A stretch of DNA of 64,000 bases from Holosporales bacterium (GCA_031267535.1 JAIRYS010000002.1:4326-68325); one strand, 5' to 3'; positions 47,517 through 59,692 are shown, counted from the first letter of the stretch. The notes: generated from the sequence alone by a model not told the origin. Translations and numbers: made by a program.

Positions 47517-48736
47517 TCAGTCCGACGGATTTTATGTTTAAGCGAAGCGACTAACTTTCTTATAATGTCCAATGGTTTCCGGGAGAATGATGGTATTTTG
47601 CTGGCTTTTTGCCAGTTTGATTTTCTTCTAAACCAAGCTGTATCGATATCGTTTGTAAACAGCCAAGCATGGGCTTGGTCGAATCTGGGAGCCGAGAAGC
47701 ATTCTGGACGGTTGATTAAGTCTTCATAGGCATGTACGTAATGCTGTATCATTTGCGAATCAGACCAATGTTTTTCCATCCATTTGCGAGAATAAGCCCC
47801 CAAATACTCTCTCAGCGGTTTATCTTCCACCAAACGCTTGATGGTAATATCTAAATCTTCCAGCTGAGTATTAATGATTGGTATTTGCGAAACGGCGCTG
47901 GTAACTTCATGGATCGTGGAAATTGTCCTGCTATCTAGATACGCAAGGGTTGGTTTGCCTTGAGATAAACCTTCCAGCGTCGATAAGTGGTAGCTTCCAG
48001 TCACAACTTCGTCAATCACAATATCAGACGTTTGTTTTTTGGTGAGAGTTTCCGAGTGCGGACGGCGAGCTATGCATTCAAATTCGAAATTAAGCTTTTT
48101 TTGCAGCCTTTCGATAATCTTAATGGTTTCAAATGCGCCTTTGGTATTCCAGCGACTTTCCCATGCAGATCTCATGCTGGTAGGCGAGAAAAAGATTTTA
48201 CACGGCGCTTCGGTGTCTTTGGCCGTGCTCGCAAGATAATCTTGGTCAAAAATCGGGACTATATTTGGGACGATACGGGCGCGCGGATAGTACCTTTCAT
48301 GAAACTGAGCCAGTACAAGCTGAGCGACCGGATCATTGATTATTTCCCGCTGACTGATTCCCCAGGTTTTGGCAAGCTTTCCCGGCTCTGTGTGGAATTG
48401 ACGAATTAGGCGCTGACCTTTTTTTATATATTGATTGAAGTCTATCCCAAATTTATTTTGACTAAGGTCGATCCAGTTATGCAAGTGAACGATATCCGCT
48501 GTTTCCAACAGTTTAAGGATTTCCGGTTGATTTTTTGGCCACAAAAGGTCTTCTTGAAACACTCGGGTTTTATAAGCCAGGGCGTCTAGATTGACGAATC
48601 GGGCGTTTACCGTTGTGTGTTTATTTAGCGCATTTATAATTCTGATTGGCGAGCCCGCAAGCGGAGTGTATGAGAAATGCAGTACGCTTAGTCTACTCAC
48701 ACTGCACCGGCTCGTCTTCACCTTCGTCAAATTCAT
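47513..48736 (-). CDS. Divergent GT-B-like glycosyltransferase (hypothetical)
   Basis: 407 aa. [25 protein letters not shown] resembles the GT1/GT4 C-terminal E..G...EA...G.P block. The 5' end overlaps the gyrA 3' end by up to 44 nt. Confidence 0.55.
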   Translation of the reverse strand: MNLTKVKTSRCSVSRLSVLHFSYTPLAGSPIRIINALNKHTTVNARFVNLDALAYKTRVFQEDLLWPKNQPEILKLLETADIVHLHNWIDLSQNKFGIDFNQYIKKGQRLIRQFHTEPGKLAKTWGISQREIINDPVAQLVLAQFHERYYPRARIVPNIVPIFDQDYLASTAKDTEAPCKIFFSPTSMRSAWESRWNTKGAFETIKIIERLQKKLNFEFECIARRPHSETLTKKQTSDIVIDEVVTGSYHLSTLEGLSQGKPTLAYLDSRTISTIHEVTSAVSQIPIINTQLEDLDITIKRLVEDKPLREYLGAYSRKWMEKHWSDSQMIQHYVHAYEDLINRPECFSAPRFDQAHAWLFTNDIDTAWFRRKSNWQKASKIPSFSRKPLDIIRKLVASLKHKIRRTD

Positions 48737-51392
48737 TCAGCTTGATTGCGGATACGACTTTTTCGTTAGGGTCTATCCTAAATACAATCACGCCTCTGGT
48801 GTTACGTCCAGTTATGCGTATGTCAGTTACAGCCGAGCGAATAAGCTTACCTTGGTCAGTGATTAACATGATATGATCATCGTCGTTTACTGGGAACGTA
48901 GCGACAACACAACCATTTTTCGGACTAACCTCAATATTCTTAATGCCTTGAACACCGCGACTTGTCGTTCTGTAAGCATAAGACGAAGTGCGCTTGCCGA
49001 ACCCTCGCTCAGTAACGGTAAGAATCGATTGGTCGTTAACCATCATTAGGTCAATCTTGTCCTTGGACGTAGCGATTTCCGGCTCGCGATCTGATTCGCT
49101 TTCCGATTCCGAATCGCCCTCAACCCGTCTAGACCAGTTGTAATATCTGATATAGTCATCTCTTTCCTCTGTTGTGGCCGGGAAACTGTTGATGATTGTC
49201 ATAGATATCACATGGTCGTCTTTTTTAAGCCTAACGCCACGCACGCCATTAGAACCATGACCGGCAAACACCCTTAATGCGTCAATCGGGAACCTGACAC
49301 ACATACCCTTATAGGTAGCCAACATCACGTCAACATTATCTTTGCAAGCGGCTACAGATATCAACTGCTCGCCTTCATCCAACTTCATGGCGATTCTGCC
49401 GTTGGTTCTAATCTTCAAAAAATCCGCCATTTTGTTTCTGCGGACGTTTCCTTTAGAGGTTGCGAAGATGATGTTTAGGCTTTCCCAGCAATCCTCATCC
49501 TTAGGAAGTACCAAAACGGTGGATATTGTTTCGCCATCAGACAACGGGAACATGTTGACCATGGCCTTGCCGCGCGATTGAAGCGTTCCCTGCGGCAGAG
49601 TATAGGCTTTGGCTTGATACACGATGCCTTTAGATGAGAAAAACAAAACCGGCGTATGTGTATTGGCAAGGAAGATATCTTGGGCAAAATCCTCATCGCG
49701 CATAGCGATACCGGCACGACCCTTGCCGCCCCGTTTTTGAAGCTTGTATTGTGCAAGCGGCACGCGTTTTATATATCCTGCCTCGCTGACAGTTATAACC
49801 ACATCTTCGCGCTCGATTAGATCTTCGTCATCAATATCTATCTCGCCTTCTTCGATAGAAGTCCTGCGCTTATCAGCAAAGTTATCTTTTATTAAGGTTA
49901 ACTCGTCTTTGATAATCTGAGTAACCCTTGCCGGCGATGCCAGAATATCTAAGAGGTCGGCAATACTTTTGATCAAAGCTTTCAGCTCGTCATCAATTTT
50001 CGTGCGCTCTAGACCCGTCAGCCTTTGCAATCTGAGGTCTAAAATCGCTTGAGCCTGACGTTCAGTAAGCTGGCAAATGCCATTCTCGACCACATTTCCG
50101 GCGTCATCAATCAACTTGATAAGGTCTAAAACATCAGTAACGGCCCACTTTCGCGATAACAAGCGCTGCTTGGCGTCTTGGGCGTCTTGACTGCTTTTGA
50201 TAAGGGCTACAACTTCGTCAATGTTGGCAACCGCAAGGGCCAGACCGATGAGTAGATGAGCGCGATCTCTGGCTTTATTAAGCTCAAATTGCGTGCGCCG
50301 AACAACAACTTCCCGCCTGAAGCTCAAGAAGGCCACAAGCACTTCTTTAAGCCCCATCTGGACAGGCAGCCCATTATGCAAAGCCAACATATTAACGCCA
50401 AATGACACCTGAAGCTGCGTATGTCGGTACAGTTGGTTCAAGATCACCTCTGGCGAGGCGTCTCTTTTAAGCTCTATAACCACTCTAACGCCTTCGCGAT
50501 CAGACTCATCGCGCAGATCTGATATGCCTTCTACCGTTTTATCGTTAACGATTTCAGCTATATGCTCTACCAGGCGGGCTTTGTTAACCTGATACGGGAT
50601 TTCGGTTGCGATTATTGCAAACTTGCCGCTTCTAATCTCTTCAACATGGGTTTTGGACCTGACCGTAACTGCGCCGCGGCCACAGCTGAAATAGCTGTAT
50701 ATTCCGCTGCGACCAATTATTGACGCGCCTGTAGGGAAATCCGGACCGGGGATAATTTTAATAAGCTCGCTAACATCAACGTCTGGGTTATCAATTACCA
50801 CATGACAAGCGTCAATCACCTCGCCCAAGTTGTGCGTTGGGATATTTGTCGCCATACCAACCGCAATACCGCCTGCGCCATTGACCAACAGGTTCGGAAA
50901 CCTGGCCGGCATTAATCTAGGCTCGACCGTAGACCCGTCATAGTTTGGTTGGAAATCGACTGTATCGAAGTCAAGGTCCTCGAATACGCTGTGCGAGATT
51001 TTTGAAAGCCGCGCTTCTGTGTAACGCATGGCAGCGGCAGAATCTCCGTCCATCGATCCGAAGTTTCCCTGCCCATCGATAAGCGGAGAGCGCATAGAAA
51101 AATCCTGCGCCATACGAACCATAGAGTCATAGATAGGCGCATCGCCATGCGGGTGATACTTACCCATCACATCACCAACTATCCTGGCGGACTTTCTGTA
51201 CGGCTTGTTATAGTCGCAACCACCTTCCTTCATTCCGTATAGGATTCTTCGGTGCACGGGCTTTAAGCCGTCGCGCACGTCAGGCAAAGCTCTTGCGACA
51301 ATCACACTCATCGCATAGTCGAGGTATGACCTCTTCATCTCAGCATCTAACGGAGCTAAAGTGACGTCCTTATCTTCTGTTTCTGTTGCCAA
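48693..51392 (-). CDS. gyrA: DNA gyrase subunit A
   Basis: 899 aa. [24 protein letters not shown] and [10 protein letters not shown] (active-site Tyr). TTG start 6 nt after GAGGA. Confidence 0.97.
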   Translation of the reverse strand: MATETEDKDVTLAPLDAEMKRSYLDYAMSVIVARALPDVRDGLKPVHRRILYGMKEGGCDYNKPYRKSARIVGDVMGKYHPHGDAPIYDSMVRMAQDFSMRSPLIDGQGNFGSMDGDSAAAMRYTEARLSKISHSVFEDLDFDTVDFQPNYDGSTVEPRLMPARFPNLLVNGAGGIAVGMATNIPTHNLGEVIDACHVVIDNPDVDVSELIKIIPGPDFPTGASIIGRSGIYSYFSCGRGAVTVRSKTHVEEIRSGKFAIIATEIPYQVNKARLVEHIAEIVNDKTVEGISDLRDESDREGVRVVIELKRDASPEVILNQLYRHTQLQVSFGVNMLALHNGLPVQMGLKEVLVAFLSFRREVVVRRTQFELNKARDRAHLLIGLALAVANIDEVVALIKSSQDAQDAKQRLLSRKWAVTDVLDLIKLIDDAGNVVENGICQLTERQAQAILDLRLQRLTGLERTKIDDELKALIKSIADLLDILASPARVTQIIKDELTLIKDNFADKRRTSIEEGEIDIDDEDLIEREDVVITVSEAGYIKRVPLAQYKLQKRGGKGRAGIAMRDEDFAQDIFLANTHTPVLFFSSKGIVYQAKAYTLPQGTLQSRGKAMVNMFPLSDGETISTVLVLPKDEDCWESLNIIFATSKGNVRRNKMADFLKIRTNGRIAMKLDEGEQLISVAACKDNVDVMLATYKGMCVRFPIDALRVFAGHGSNGVRGVRLKKDDHVISMTIINSFPATTEERDDYIRYYNWSRRVEGDSESESESDREPEIATSKDKIDLMMVNDQSILTVTERGFGKRTSSYAYRTTSRGVQGIKNIEVSPKNGCVVATFPVNDDDHIMLITDQGKLIRSAVTDIRITGRNTRGVIVFRIDPNEKVVSAIKLNEFDEGEDEPVQCE

Positions 51393-51439
51393 AATGGTTC
51401 CTCTAATATGCTAAATGCCGAAGCGCTGGGTGCGAGGCG

Positions 51440-51898
51440 TTAAAATGGGATATCGTCGTTAAGATCCTGAAAAGGATCGGATCCGCCAGACGCAATATCG
51501 CCTGCGGGCGGCGTTGTCGAATCGCTTTCCGGGGAAGCTCCGGCAGGCTTGTTATCCAGCATAGTTATTTCCCCTCGAAAATTTGAAATCACAACCTCTG
51601 TAGAGTATCTATCTACGCCCGAGGTATCTTGCCATTTTCTTGTCTGCAACTGCCCTTCGATGAAAACCTTCGATCCTTTATGTAAATATTTTGAGGCAAT
51701 TTCAGCGAGGTTTTGATTGAAAATAACCACTCGGTGCCATTCCGTCCTGTCCTTGCGCTCGCCAGTGGTCTTATCTTTCCAGCTTTCCGACGTCGCAAGC
51801 CTTAAGCTGACAATCTTAGCGCCATCCTGACTTACGCGGATCTCGGGATCGCCGCCCAAATTGCCAATTAACATCACTTTGTTCAAACTACCCGCCAT
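51440..51898 (-). CDS. ssb: Single-stranded DNA-binding protein
   Basis: OB-fold N-terminus [19 protein letters not shown] and acidic tail DDIPF. Confidence 0.95.
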   Translation of the reverse strand: MAGSLNKVMLIGNLGGDPEIRVSQDGAKIVSLRLATSESWKDKTTGERKDRTEWHRVVIFNQNLAEIASKYLHKGSKVFIEGQLQTRKWQDTSGVDRYSTEVVISNFRGEITMLDNKPAGASPESDSTTPPAGDIASGGSDPFQDLNDDIPF

Positions 51899-51949
51899 AA
51901 TTAACTCCTAGGCATTAAAACCACAGCAAACACACATATACGCTTACCC

Positions 51950-52450
51950 TTAAGCGACCTTAAGAGAGCCTTCCAAACGCTGAAAGGCCGCACCTTCATC
52001 TAAACCTTCTATCGCCGCATACTCGCCGACCAAACGCTCTAAAGCCAATTGATACATCAAACGCTCGCTGTAAGACTGCTTGCCGCCGGCGCCAGAACGA
52101 AACAGGTCCCTAACAACTTCTGCTATCTGAACAACGTCGCCTGAGTTTATCTTGGATTCGTACTTAACGGCTCGACGACTCCAAAGCATACGATTGATTT
52201 TGCCCGGCTCTTCTAGGACTTGCACAGCCTTCTGCATCTGCTCGCTTGAGCACAGCGGCCTAAGCCCTACTGAACCGGCTTTGCTTACCGGCACTCTAAG
52301 CTTCATACTATCCTTGTCGAAAGATATAACAAGAAGCTCCAGGATAGCTTCGTCTATGGTTTGTTTTTCGATATCGATTATTTTTCCAACGCCATGAGCT
52401 GGATAAACTACTGATTGTCCGACCGAAAAACGCTTGCTGCTAGCTGCCAA
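51950..52450 (-). CDS. carD: CarD/CdnL-family RNA polymerase-binding regulator
   Basis: FSVGQSVVYPAHGVGKI. TTG 52450 lies 5 nt after AAGGTGG; the track starts at GTG 52459. Confidence 0.88.
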   Translation of the reverse strand: MAASSKRFSVGQSVVYPAHGVGKIIDIEKQTIDEAILELLVISFDKDSMKLRVPVSKAGSVGLRPLCSSEQMQKAVQVLEEPGKINRMLWSRRAVKYESKINSGDVVQIAEVVRDLFRSGAGGKQSYSERLMYQLALERLVGEYAAIEGLDEGAAFQRLEGSLKVA

Positions 52451-52568
52451 GACTACCACCTTTTTAGAAAAGACTTTCTGCTAGTTCAGTAGAACACATT
52501 CTGCTATCCTTTTCAAGGTTTGTGAAGCGAGTTGCGCTTAAAATTCTCTCAGCTTTCTTGAGGACGTT

Positions 52569-53318
52569 ATGGCGGATGAGAGCACACGGATAGAAAGAAC
52601 CTCGGTTGAATCGTTTGACTACATGCTGGGGCAGGTCATGCCCGTGCTGGATCATGGTTTCATCCGCGTAATAGACTATATGGGCGACGATGCTTCAATT
52701 GTGCAAGCAGCGCGGGTCTCTTACGGTAAAGGGACTAAGCAATCGAAGCAAGATGCCGGATTGATCGATTATCTTATGCGTAACGACCACACTTCACCGT
52801 TTGAGATGTGCGAGATTAAGCTACATATCAAAATGCCGCTGTTTGTCGCCAGACAATGGCTTCGCCATCGAACCGCCAGCGTTAACGAATATTCTGCCCG
52901 GTATTCCGTCTTAAACGATGATTTTTATGTACCTGACGCCAGCCGTATATGCGCGCAGTCTCAGTCCAACAAACAAGCTAGCGGAGAAGCTCTGCCTTTG
53001 GACGTAACCAAACAAGTTATTGATACCATAGAATCAGTTTCAAGGTTTGCTCATGATAAATATAAAAAGTTGATTGATTTAGGTTTAGCCAGGGAAGTCG
53101 CTCGCAGTATTATACCTTTAAATACCTATACCGAGATGTATTGGAAAATCGATTTGCACAATTTACTGAGGTTCGTAAGGCTTAGAAATTCTTCTCATGC
53201 GCAGTACGAGATAAGGGTTTATGCCGAAAAAATTCAAGAACTTCTAAAGGCTTGGGTGCCGCATGTTTATGAGTCTTTTATGAAACACAAAATGTGTGCT
53301 GATGAAAAATTAACTTAA
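52569..53318 (+). CDS. thyX: Flavin-dependent thymidylate synthase
   Basis: ThyX motif RHRTASVNEYSARY. Confidence 0.93.
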   Translation: MADESTRIERTSVESFDYMLGQVMPVLDHGFIRVIDYMGDDASIVQAARVSYGKGTKQSKQDAGLIDYLMRNDHTSPFEMCEIKLHIKMPLFVARQWLRHRTASVNEYSARYSVLNDDFYVPDASRICAQSQSNKQASGEALPLDVTKQVIDTIESVSRFAHDKYKKLIDLGLAREVARSIIPLNTYTEMYWKIDLHNLLRFVRLRNSSHAQYEIRVYAEKIQELLKAWVPHVYESFMKHKMCADEKLT

Positions 53319-53345
53319 TTTTTATGAAAATTATGTTATTTCGAC

Positions 53346-53374
53346 TTGGTGATGTTTGAGATTTGTGATATAAT
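53346..53374 (+). promoter_or_regulatory. Possible extended -10 promoter (TTGGTG-N17-TGaTATAAT)
   Basis: TATAAT at 53369-53374 with TG at 53366-53367. It ends only 10 nt before ATG 53385, which would imply a near-leaderless mRNA, so confidence is low. Confidence 0.3.
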
Positions 53375-53384
53375 ACTCAGTGTT

Positions 53385-54002
53385 ATGAAAAGGTTTAGTT
53401 ACATCGTTTGGTTAAAAGTAACTGTTGCCGCCGTTCTTGGCTTTACGGTTGAGAATGGGATGTCGGCTGCCCCTTATGATGTAAATCTAGTTTCAGTTGA
53501 ACAGGCTCGTGACGTCCAAAGTAAGCCTAAAGGTAAGAAGAGCAACAAATTCGGGTTGTCGTGGTTGAGTGCAGCCGGTGCGTCAGTAAAGGACGACGCG
53601 GGCATGTTTATAGGTGGCGACATTTCTTTGAGGGTCGCCCCATCGGACAATCGTATAACGCTTTTAGACAGCAGGCAATCAAGGGACTTAAAACTGCAAA
53701 GTGGATCAGTTGTATCTAAGGTTGTTTTCCCTTTTAGCCCGCACTTTTCAGCTTCTATCGGGGCGGACACTGAATTTGTAAGGCTAGATGCTGTCGATCC
53801 TCAGATTAACTTGCTACACAGCAGAAACCGGCTAAGATACGGACCTAATATGGGCGTGGGATTATCTTTTGGATCATTGACCGTCAAGGTGTCTTATTCG
53901 CGTATGTTCCCGCTTAAAAAGATGAACGGCTTATCTTCGTCGGATCAATATATGCGACGTGGAGAGAACAAGTTTGGTTTGTCTGTGTTGATGGGATTCT
54001 AA
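53385..54002 (+). CDS. Small beta-barrel outer-membrane protein
   Basis: Signal MKRFSYIVWLKVTVAAVLGF...GMSA. Alternating beta-strand pattern. C-terminus ...FGLSVLMGF ends in Phe. Confidence 0.65.
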   Translation: MKRFSYIVWLKVTVAAVLGFTVENGMSAAPYDVNLVSVEQARDVQSKPKGKKSNKFGLSWLSAAGASVKDDAGMFIGGDISLRVAPSDNRITLLDSRQSRDLKLQSGSVVSKVVFPFSPHFSASIGADTEFVRLDAVDPQINLLHSRNRLRYGPNMGVGLSFGSLTVKVSYSRMFPLKKMNGLSSSDQYMRRGENKFGLSVLMGF

Positions 54003-54112
54003 AATATTTCAGCGTTTTTTTATCGCGTGACTGTTGCATTATTTCGACAGTATACTTCTCGTGTCTTTCCGACAGTAATGTCAGTCGTTTATAATGCTTC
54101 GGCGTAGACCTC

Positions 54113-54736
54113 ATGATGGATAATTTAGATATAACCCTGTTTGAAAATGACCTTCCGTCTGGGCTTGATCTTGGGGACGAGATAGCCGTTGACAGCGAAG
54201 CTATGGGGCTTAACATACACAACGACAGGCTGTGTCTTGTGCAAATCGCCAACAGCGCCGGCAAATGTTTTCTGATAAAAATCGACAGTCCAGTTAAACC
54301 GGCCCCAAATCTTACCGAAATTTTGCGTTCACAAAAACTTACCAAAATCTTTCACTTTGCTCGCTTTGACGTAGCTTTACTCAATAAAACTTTCGCCGTC
54401 CAGGTAAACAATATATTCTGCACTAAGATTGCCTCGAAATTAGCCAGAACCTTTTCAAGCAAGCATGGTCTTAAAGATTTATGCCGAGATCTGCTTGATG
54501 TTGAGCTTTTAAAACAAGAGCAGACCTCAGATTGGGGGGCAGACAAGTTAACCCGAAAACAGCTTAAATATGCTGCCAGCGATGTGTTATATTTGCATCA
54601 ACTTAAAGCAAAATTGCTGAAAATGCTGATACGCGAGGACAGGGATAAATTGGCTTACGATTGCTTCAAAAGCCTTAGCACAATCTCTGAGTTGGATATA
54701 TTAAACATAAATCCCGACGCCTTGTTTTCTCACTAA
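54113..54736 (+). CDS. 3'-5' exonuclease, short RNase D family
   Basis: DEDD motifs IAVDSEAMGL, FHFARFD and YAASDVLYLH. Confidence 0.8.
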   Translation: MMDNLDITLFENDLPSGLDLGDEIAVDSEAMGLNIHNDRLCLVQIANSAGKCFLIKIDSPVKPAPNLTEILRSQKLTKIFHFARFDVALLNKTFAVQVNNIFCTKIASKLARTFSSKHGLKDLCRDLLDVELLKQEQTSDWGADKLTRKQLKYAASDVLYLHQLKAKLLKMLIREDRDKLAYDCFKSLSTISELDILNINPDALFSH

Positions 54737-54879
54737 GATAGCGTTGCGAAATTGACCAGAATATTACTCAAGCTTAGAATGCCTCACAAAACCCACACAT
54801 CTTAGCTTTCGTTGCCCTGCTCTTATTAAATTACAAGTTTTTTTAACAGTGCTTGTCAGAGAGAATTAAAAGGCTGTAA

Positions 54880-55710
54880 TCACTGCGCGGTCCAACCTCC
54901 GTCGATAACCAATGAGGCCCCTCGCATTTGATCAGCTGCTGGGCTGCACAAGAAAAGCACTGCCTGCCCGATTTGTTCCACGGTCACAAACTGTTGAGAC
55001 GGATGTTTTTCCGAAACCAGAGCCGATTTCTCATCTTCAATCGTAGCGCCTTTCTGTTCTGCTCTATCTGAGATTTGCTTTTCTACCAAAGGAGTTAACA
55101 CCCATCCCGGACATATAGCGTTGCAGGTAATATTGGTTTGCGCTGTTTCGAGAGCCACTACTTTTGTGAGTCCTATAACTCCGTGCTTTGCAGCCACATA
55201 GGCTAATTTATCAACGGAAGCAACAAGCCCATGCGTGGATGCGATATTTATGATTCGTCCATGTCCTCCTTCTCTAAAGATAGGCAGCGCATGCTGTATA
55301 GCAATAAAAGGCGCGGTTAAATTGACGGCAATAATATCGTTCCACTTTTCAATAGGCATTTTTTCGATCGGAGATACATATTGAATTCCGGCGTTGTTTA
55401 CCAAGACGTCCAGTCTTCCAAATGTACTCACGATTGCTTGGAACATGCTCGCAATCTGACGGGGATCTTTCAGATCGGCGTTGATGTAGGTCACCCTCGT
55501 TCCAAACGTGGAAACCTGCGTGACAGCGCTATCCACGTCACCAAAGCCATTTAATACGATACCATAACCGCCTTTGGCCATTTCCATTGCAATACCAAGG
55601 CCTATTCCGCTTACAGAACCGGTGATGAGAGCAACTTTTCTGCCAGCCAGCGCAACATTAAAACTTAGAAATAGTGAAAAAAACAGAACAAACGTCTTCT
55701 TCATTCGCAT
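54880..55710 (-). CDS. bdhA: 3-hydroxybutyrate dehydrogenase with a hydrophobic N-terminal extension
   Basis: KVALITGSVSGIGLGIA...NAGIQ...YVAAKHG...ICPGWVLTPLVEKQI...VIDGGWTAQ. Preceded by MRMKKTFVLFFSLFLSFNVALAG. GAGG sits 8 nt before ATG 55710. Confidence 0.9.
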   Translation of the reverse strand: MRMKKTFVLFFSLFLSFNVALAGRKVALITGSVSGIGLGIAMEMAKGGYGIVLNGFGDVDSAVTQVSTFGTRVTYINADLKDPRQIASMFQAIVSTFGRLDVLVNNAGIQYVSPIEKMPIEKWNDIIAVNLTAPFIAIQHALPIFREGGHGRIINIASTHGLVASVDKLAYVAAKHGVIGLTKVVALETAQTNITCNAICPGWVLTPLVEKQISDRAEQKGATIEDEKSALVSEKHPSQQFVTVEQIGQAVLFLCSPAADQMRGASLVIDGGWTAQ

Positions 55711-55844
55711 TGACTTGGCCTCGTAAAACACATACTCGACTAGATAACACGGCTGTTTATTAAAACCAACGCTTAAATGAGATAGCCCTCGCTTTTCAGT
55801 GGCAGCCTATGCCGATCTCTCCACAGGATTATTTTTGGAAAAAT

Positions 55845-55873
55845 TTGACAATAAACTGCAAATGTTGTATACT
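55845..55873 (+). promoter_or_regulatory. Near-consensus sigma70 promoter (TTGACA-N17-TATACT)
   Basis: TTGACA at 55845-55850, 17-nt spacer, TATACT at 55868-55873. It lies 12 nt upstream of ATG 55886 of the decayed SBP gene. Confidence 0.5.
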
Positions 55874-55885
55874 GAGAATCAAGTT

Positions 55886-56206
55886 ATGAAAAAACTGTAA
55901 TAGTTATCGCGGCAATCGTCGTATCTGCAGTCCATTGCCGCTGAAGCGCAAAAGACGAGTATCCCAGTTTTCGATTCGGAAGGCCAATCGGTCAGGAGCG
56001 GTCTGGCTCTGGCAAGCTTTGATGTGAACTATGAGTCGGTTGGCAGGAATGCCGGCAGGCTTGTCGCCAAACTGCTGAGAGGCGCATCTGCTAAGAGCCT
56101 TTCGCCCGTTTTCCCAAAAACTGAAGACCACAAATGCTTCATTAATAAAAAGTTGGCAAAAAAGTTTGTGATTCAAATTCCGGAGAACGCCACCGTTGTA
56201 GAGTGA
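55886..56206 (+). pseudogene. Remnant of an ABC-transporter substrate-binding protein (ABC_sub_bind-like)
   Basis: ATG-AAA-AAA-CTG then TAA-TAG. The same frame continues: LSRQSSYLQSIAAEAQKTSIPVFDSEGQSVRSGLALASFDVNYESVGRNAGRLVAKLLRGASAKSLSPVFPKTEDHKCFINKKLAKKFVIQIPENATVVE. Only the C-terminal ~100 aa of a protein I estimate at ~320 aa remain. Confidence 0.7.
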
Positions 56207-56236
56207 CGAAATGATGAAAGCTACCGCTTAAATAAG

Positions 56237-58639
<2,403 letters not shown>

Positions 58640-58664
58640 CTATAGCAAAACAGAAAGGCAGGGT

Positions 58665-58686
58665 GGGGGGATTCTGCCCCCCCCCC
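58665..58686. repeat. G6-ATTCTG-C10 inverted homopolymer pair in the gyrB upstream region
   Basis: On the + strand, gggggg at 58665-58670, attctg, then c x10 at 58677-58686. On the gyrB strand this reads G10-CAGAAT-C6, 35-56 nt upstream of the ATG. Confidence 0.9.
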
Positions 58687-58828
58687 TTTACACAGGCCGT
58701 ATTATGGCCTCTGCGTGTCATAAAGTAAATGCTATTTCTGCCGGACTGTTAGTCAAAGACTGTAGCAATCATCTAGCTTTAGCCATAAGACGTTTGGTTG
58801 TTTAAGTCAGAAAGGACGACCATAATGC

Positions 58829-59620
58829 TTAATCTACACTTGGCGCTGTTCCTAATTCTCCGCTAGAAACACGAACATTCGCTTCGGCATTCAGCAGATC
58901 CTTTCGTACTCGGTCTATTTGACCTCGTAGAAGCACACCAAAGAGGTTGTGCTCATGTTCATATTTTTCGAGCAAAGTTAGCGATTTTGTCTTTCGTAAC
59001 ATTTCTATTACTTTTGTCTTTGCCATTGGCGTGCTTGTAGCGCCACTAGAGTCAGGTAAGGCGACAAAGGCAAGAACCCCAGAACAAGGATTCCTAAGCT
59101 TCCTATCTTCAGGGTTCCATACCAACAGTCACGTTTTGATATTATTCTCGAAAGGAGCAACATCGCTGGCGATCTTTCTGTATTCTAATGCGCTAAGTAT
59201 AAACTCACTATCGCCGTACAATGCCCCGAACATATCAATCACATCGGGATTATCTCTCCCTATATGTAATTCAATTAAATGGCTTTTGACGTCACGAAAT
59301 ATATCACCAACTTCTGGATTTGAAGTCACGAGATGTTCGTAGGGCCACTTGTTGCATGTAAGACCAAGCGGAAGAAAATGTCTCCTATCAATCACGTGTT
59401 TAACTCTGTCAAAAGACGCACCAAGATATAATGTTTTTTTGTCTAACGCGGGAGGCAATAAATCAAGTAGACCAAAGACAACCTCCGCTTTTAAGGTCGC
59501 CGGTGTTTTTGTTCTCCCTCTCATCGTCCTTGCCCCTTGTGCAGGGGCAATTGACTGCAGAAGAACGCATCCAAATACAGCCGCGTGACAAAAAAACTTA
59601 TTCATAATCAAATCTATCAA
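58829..59620 (-). pseudogene. Hypothetical secreted protein interrupted by one in-frame TGA
   Basis: ORFs 59129-59620 and 58829-59125 are in the same frame (...ENNIKT-TGA-LLVWNPEDRK...). N-terminal signal-like MNKFFCHAAVFGCVLLQSIAPAQG. No family recognised. Confidence 0.5.
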
Positions 59621-59692
59621 AACTAATATCTTCTAATATAAACAGTTTTTCTTGCCTTTTGCAACTTTTTTTGCAAAAGGCAGTATTTTGTT

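Noticed and set aside
49075-49115. Acidic SESESESD insertion and acidic C-terminal tail in GyrA
   Set aside because: The GyrA C-terminal domain tolerates lineage-specific acidic insertions and tails. The frame is intact and nothing suggests an intein or mobile insertion.
59129-59131. In-frame TGA as evidence for UGA recoding (Trp or Sec)
   Set aside because: Neighbouring well-conserved genes (galU, asd) terminate at TGA at the expected protein ends. I see no obvious SECIS-like hairpin. A nonsense mutation is more parsimonious.
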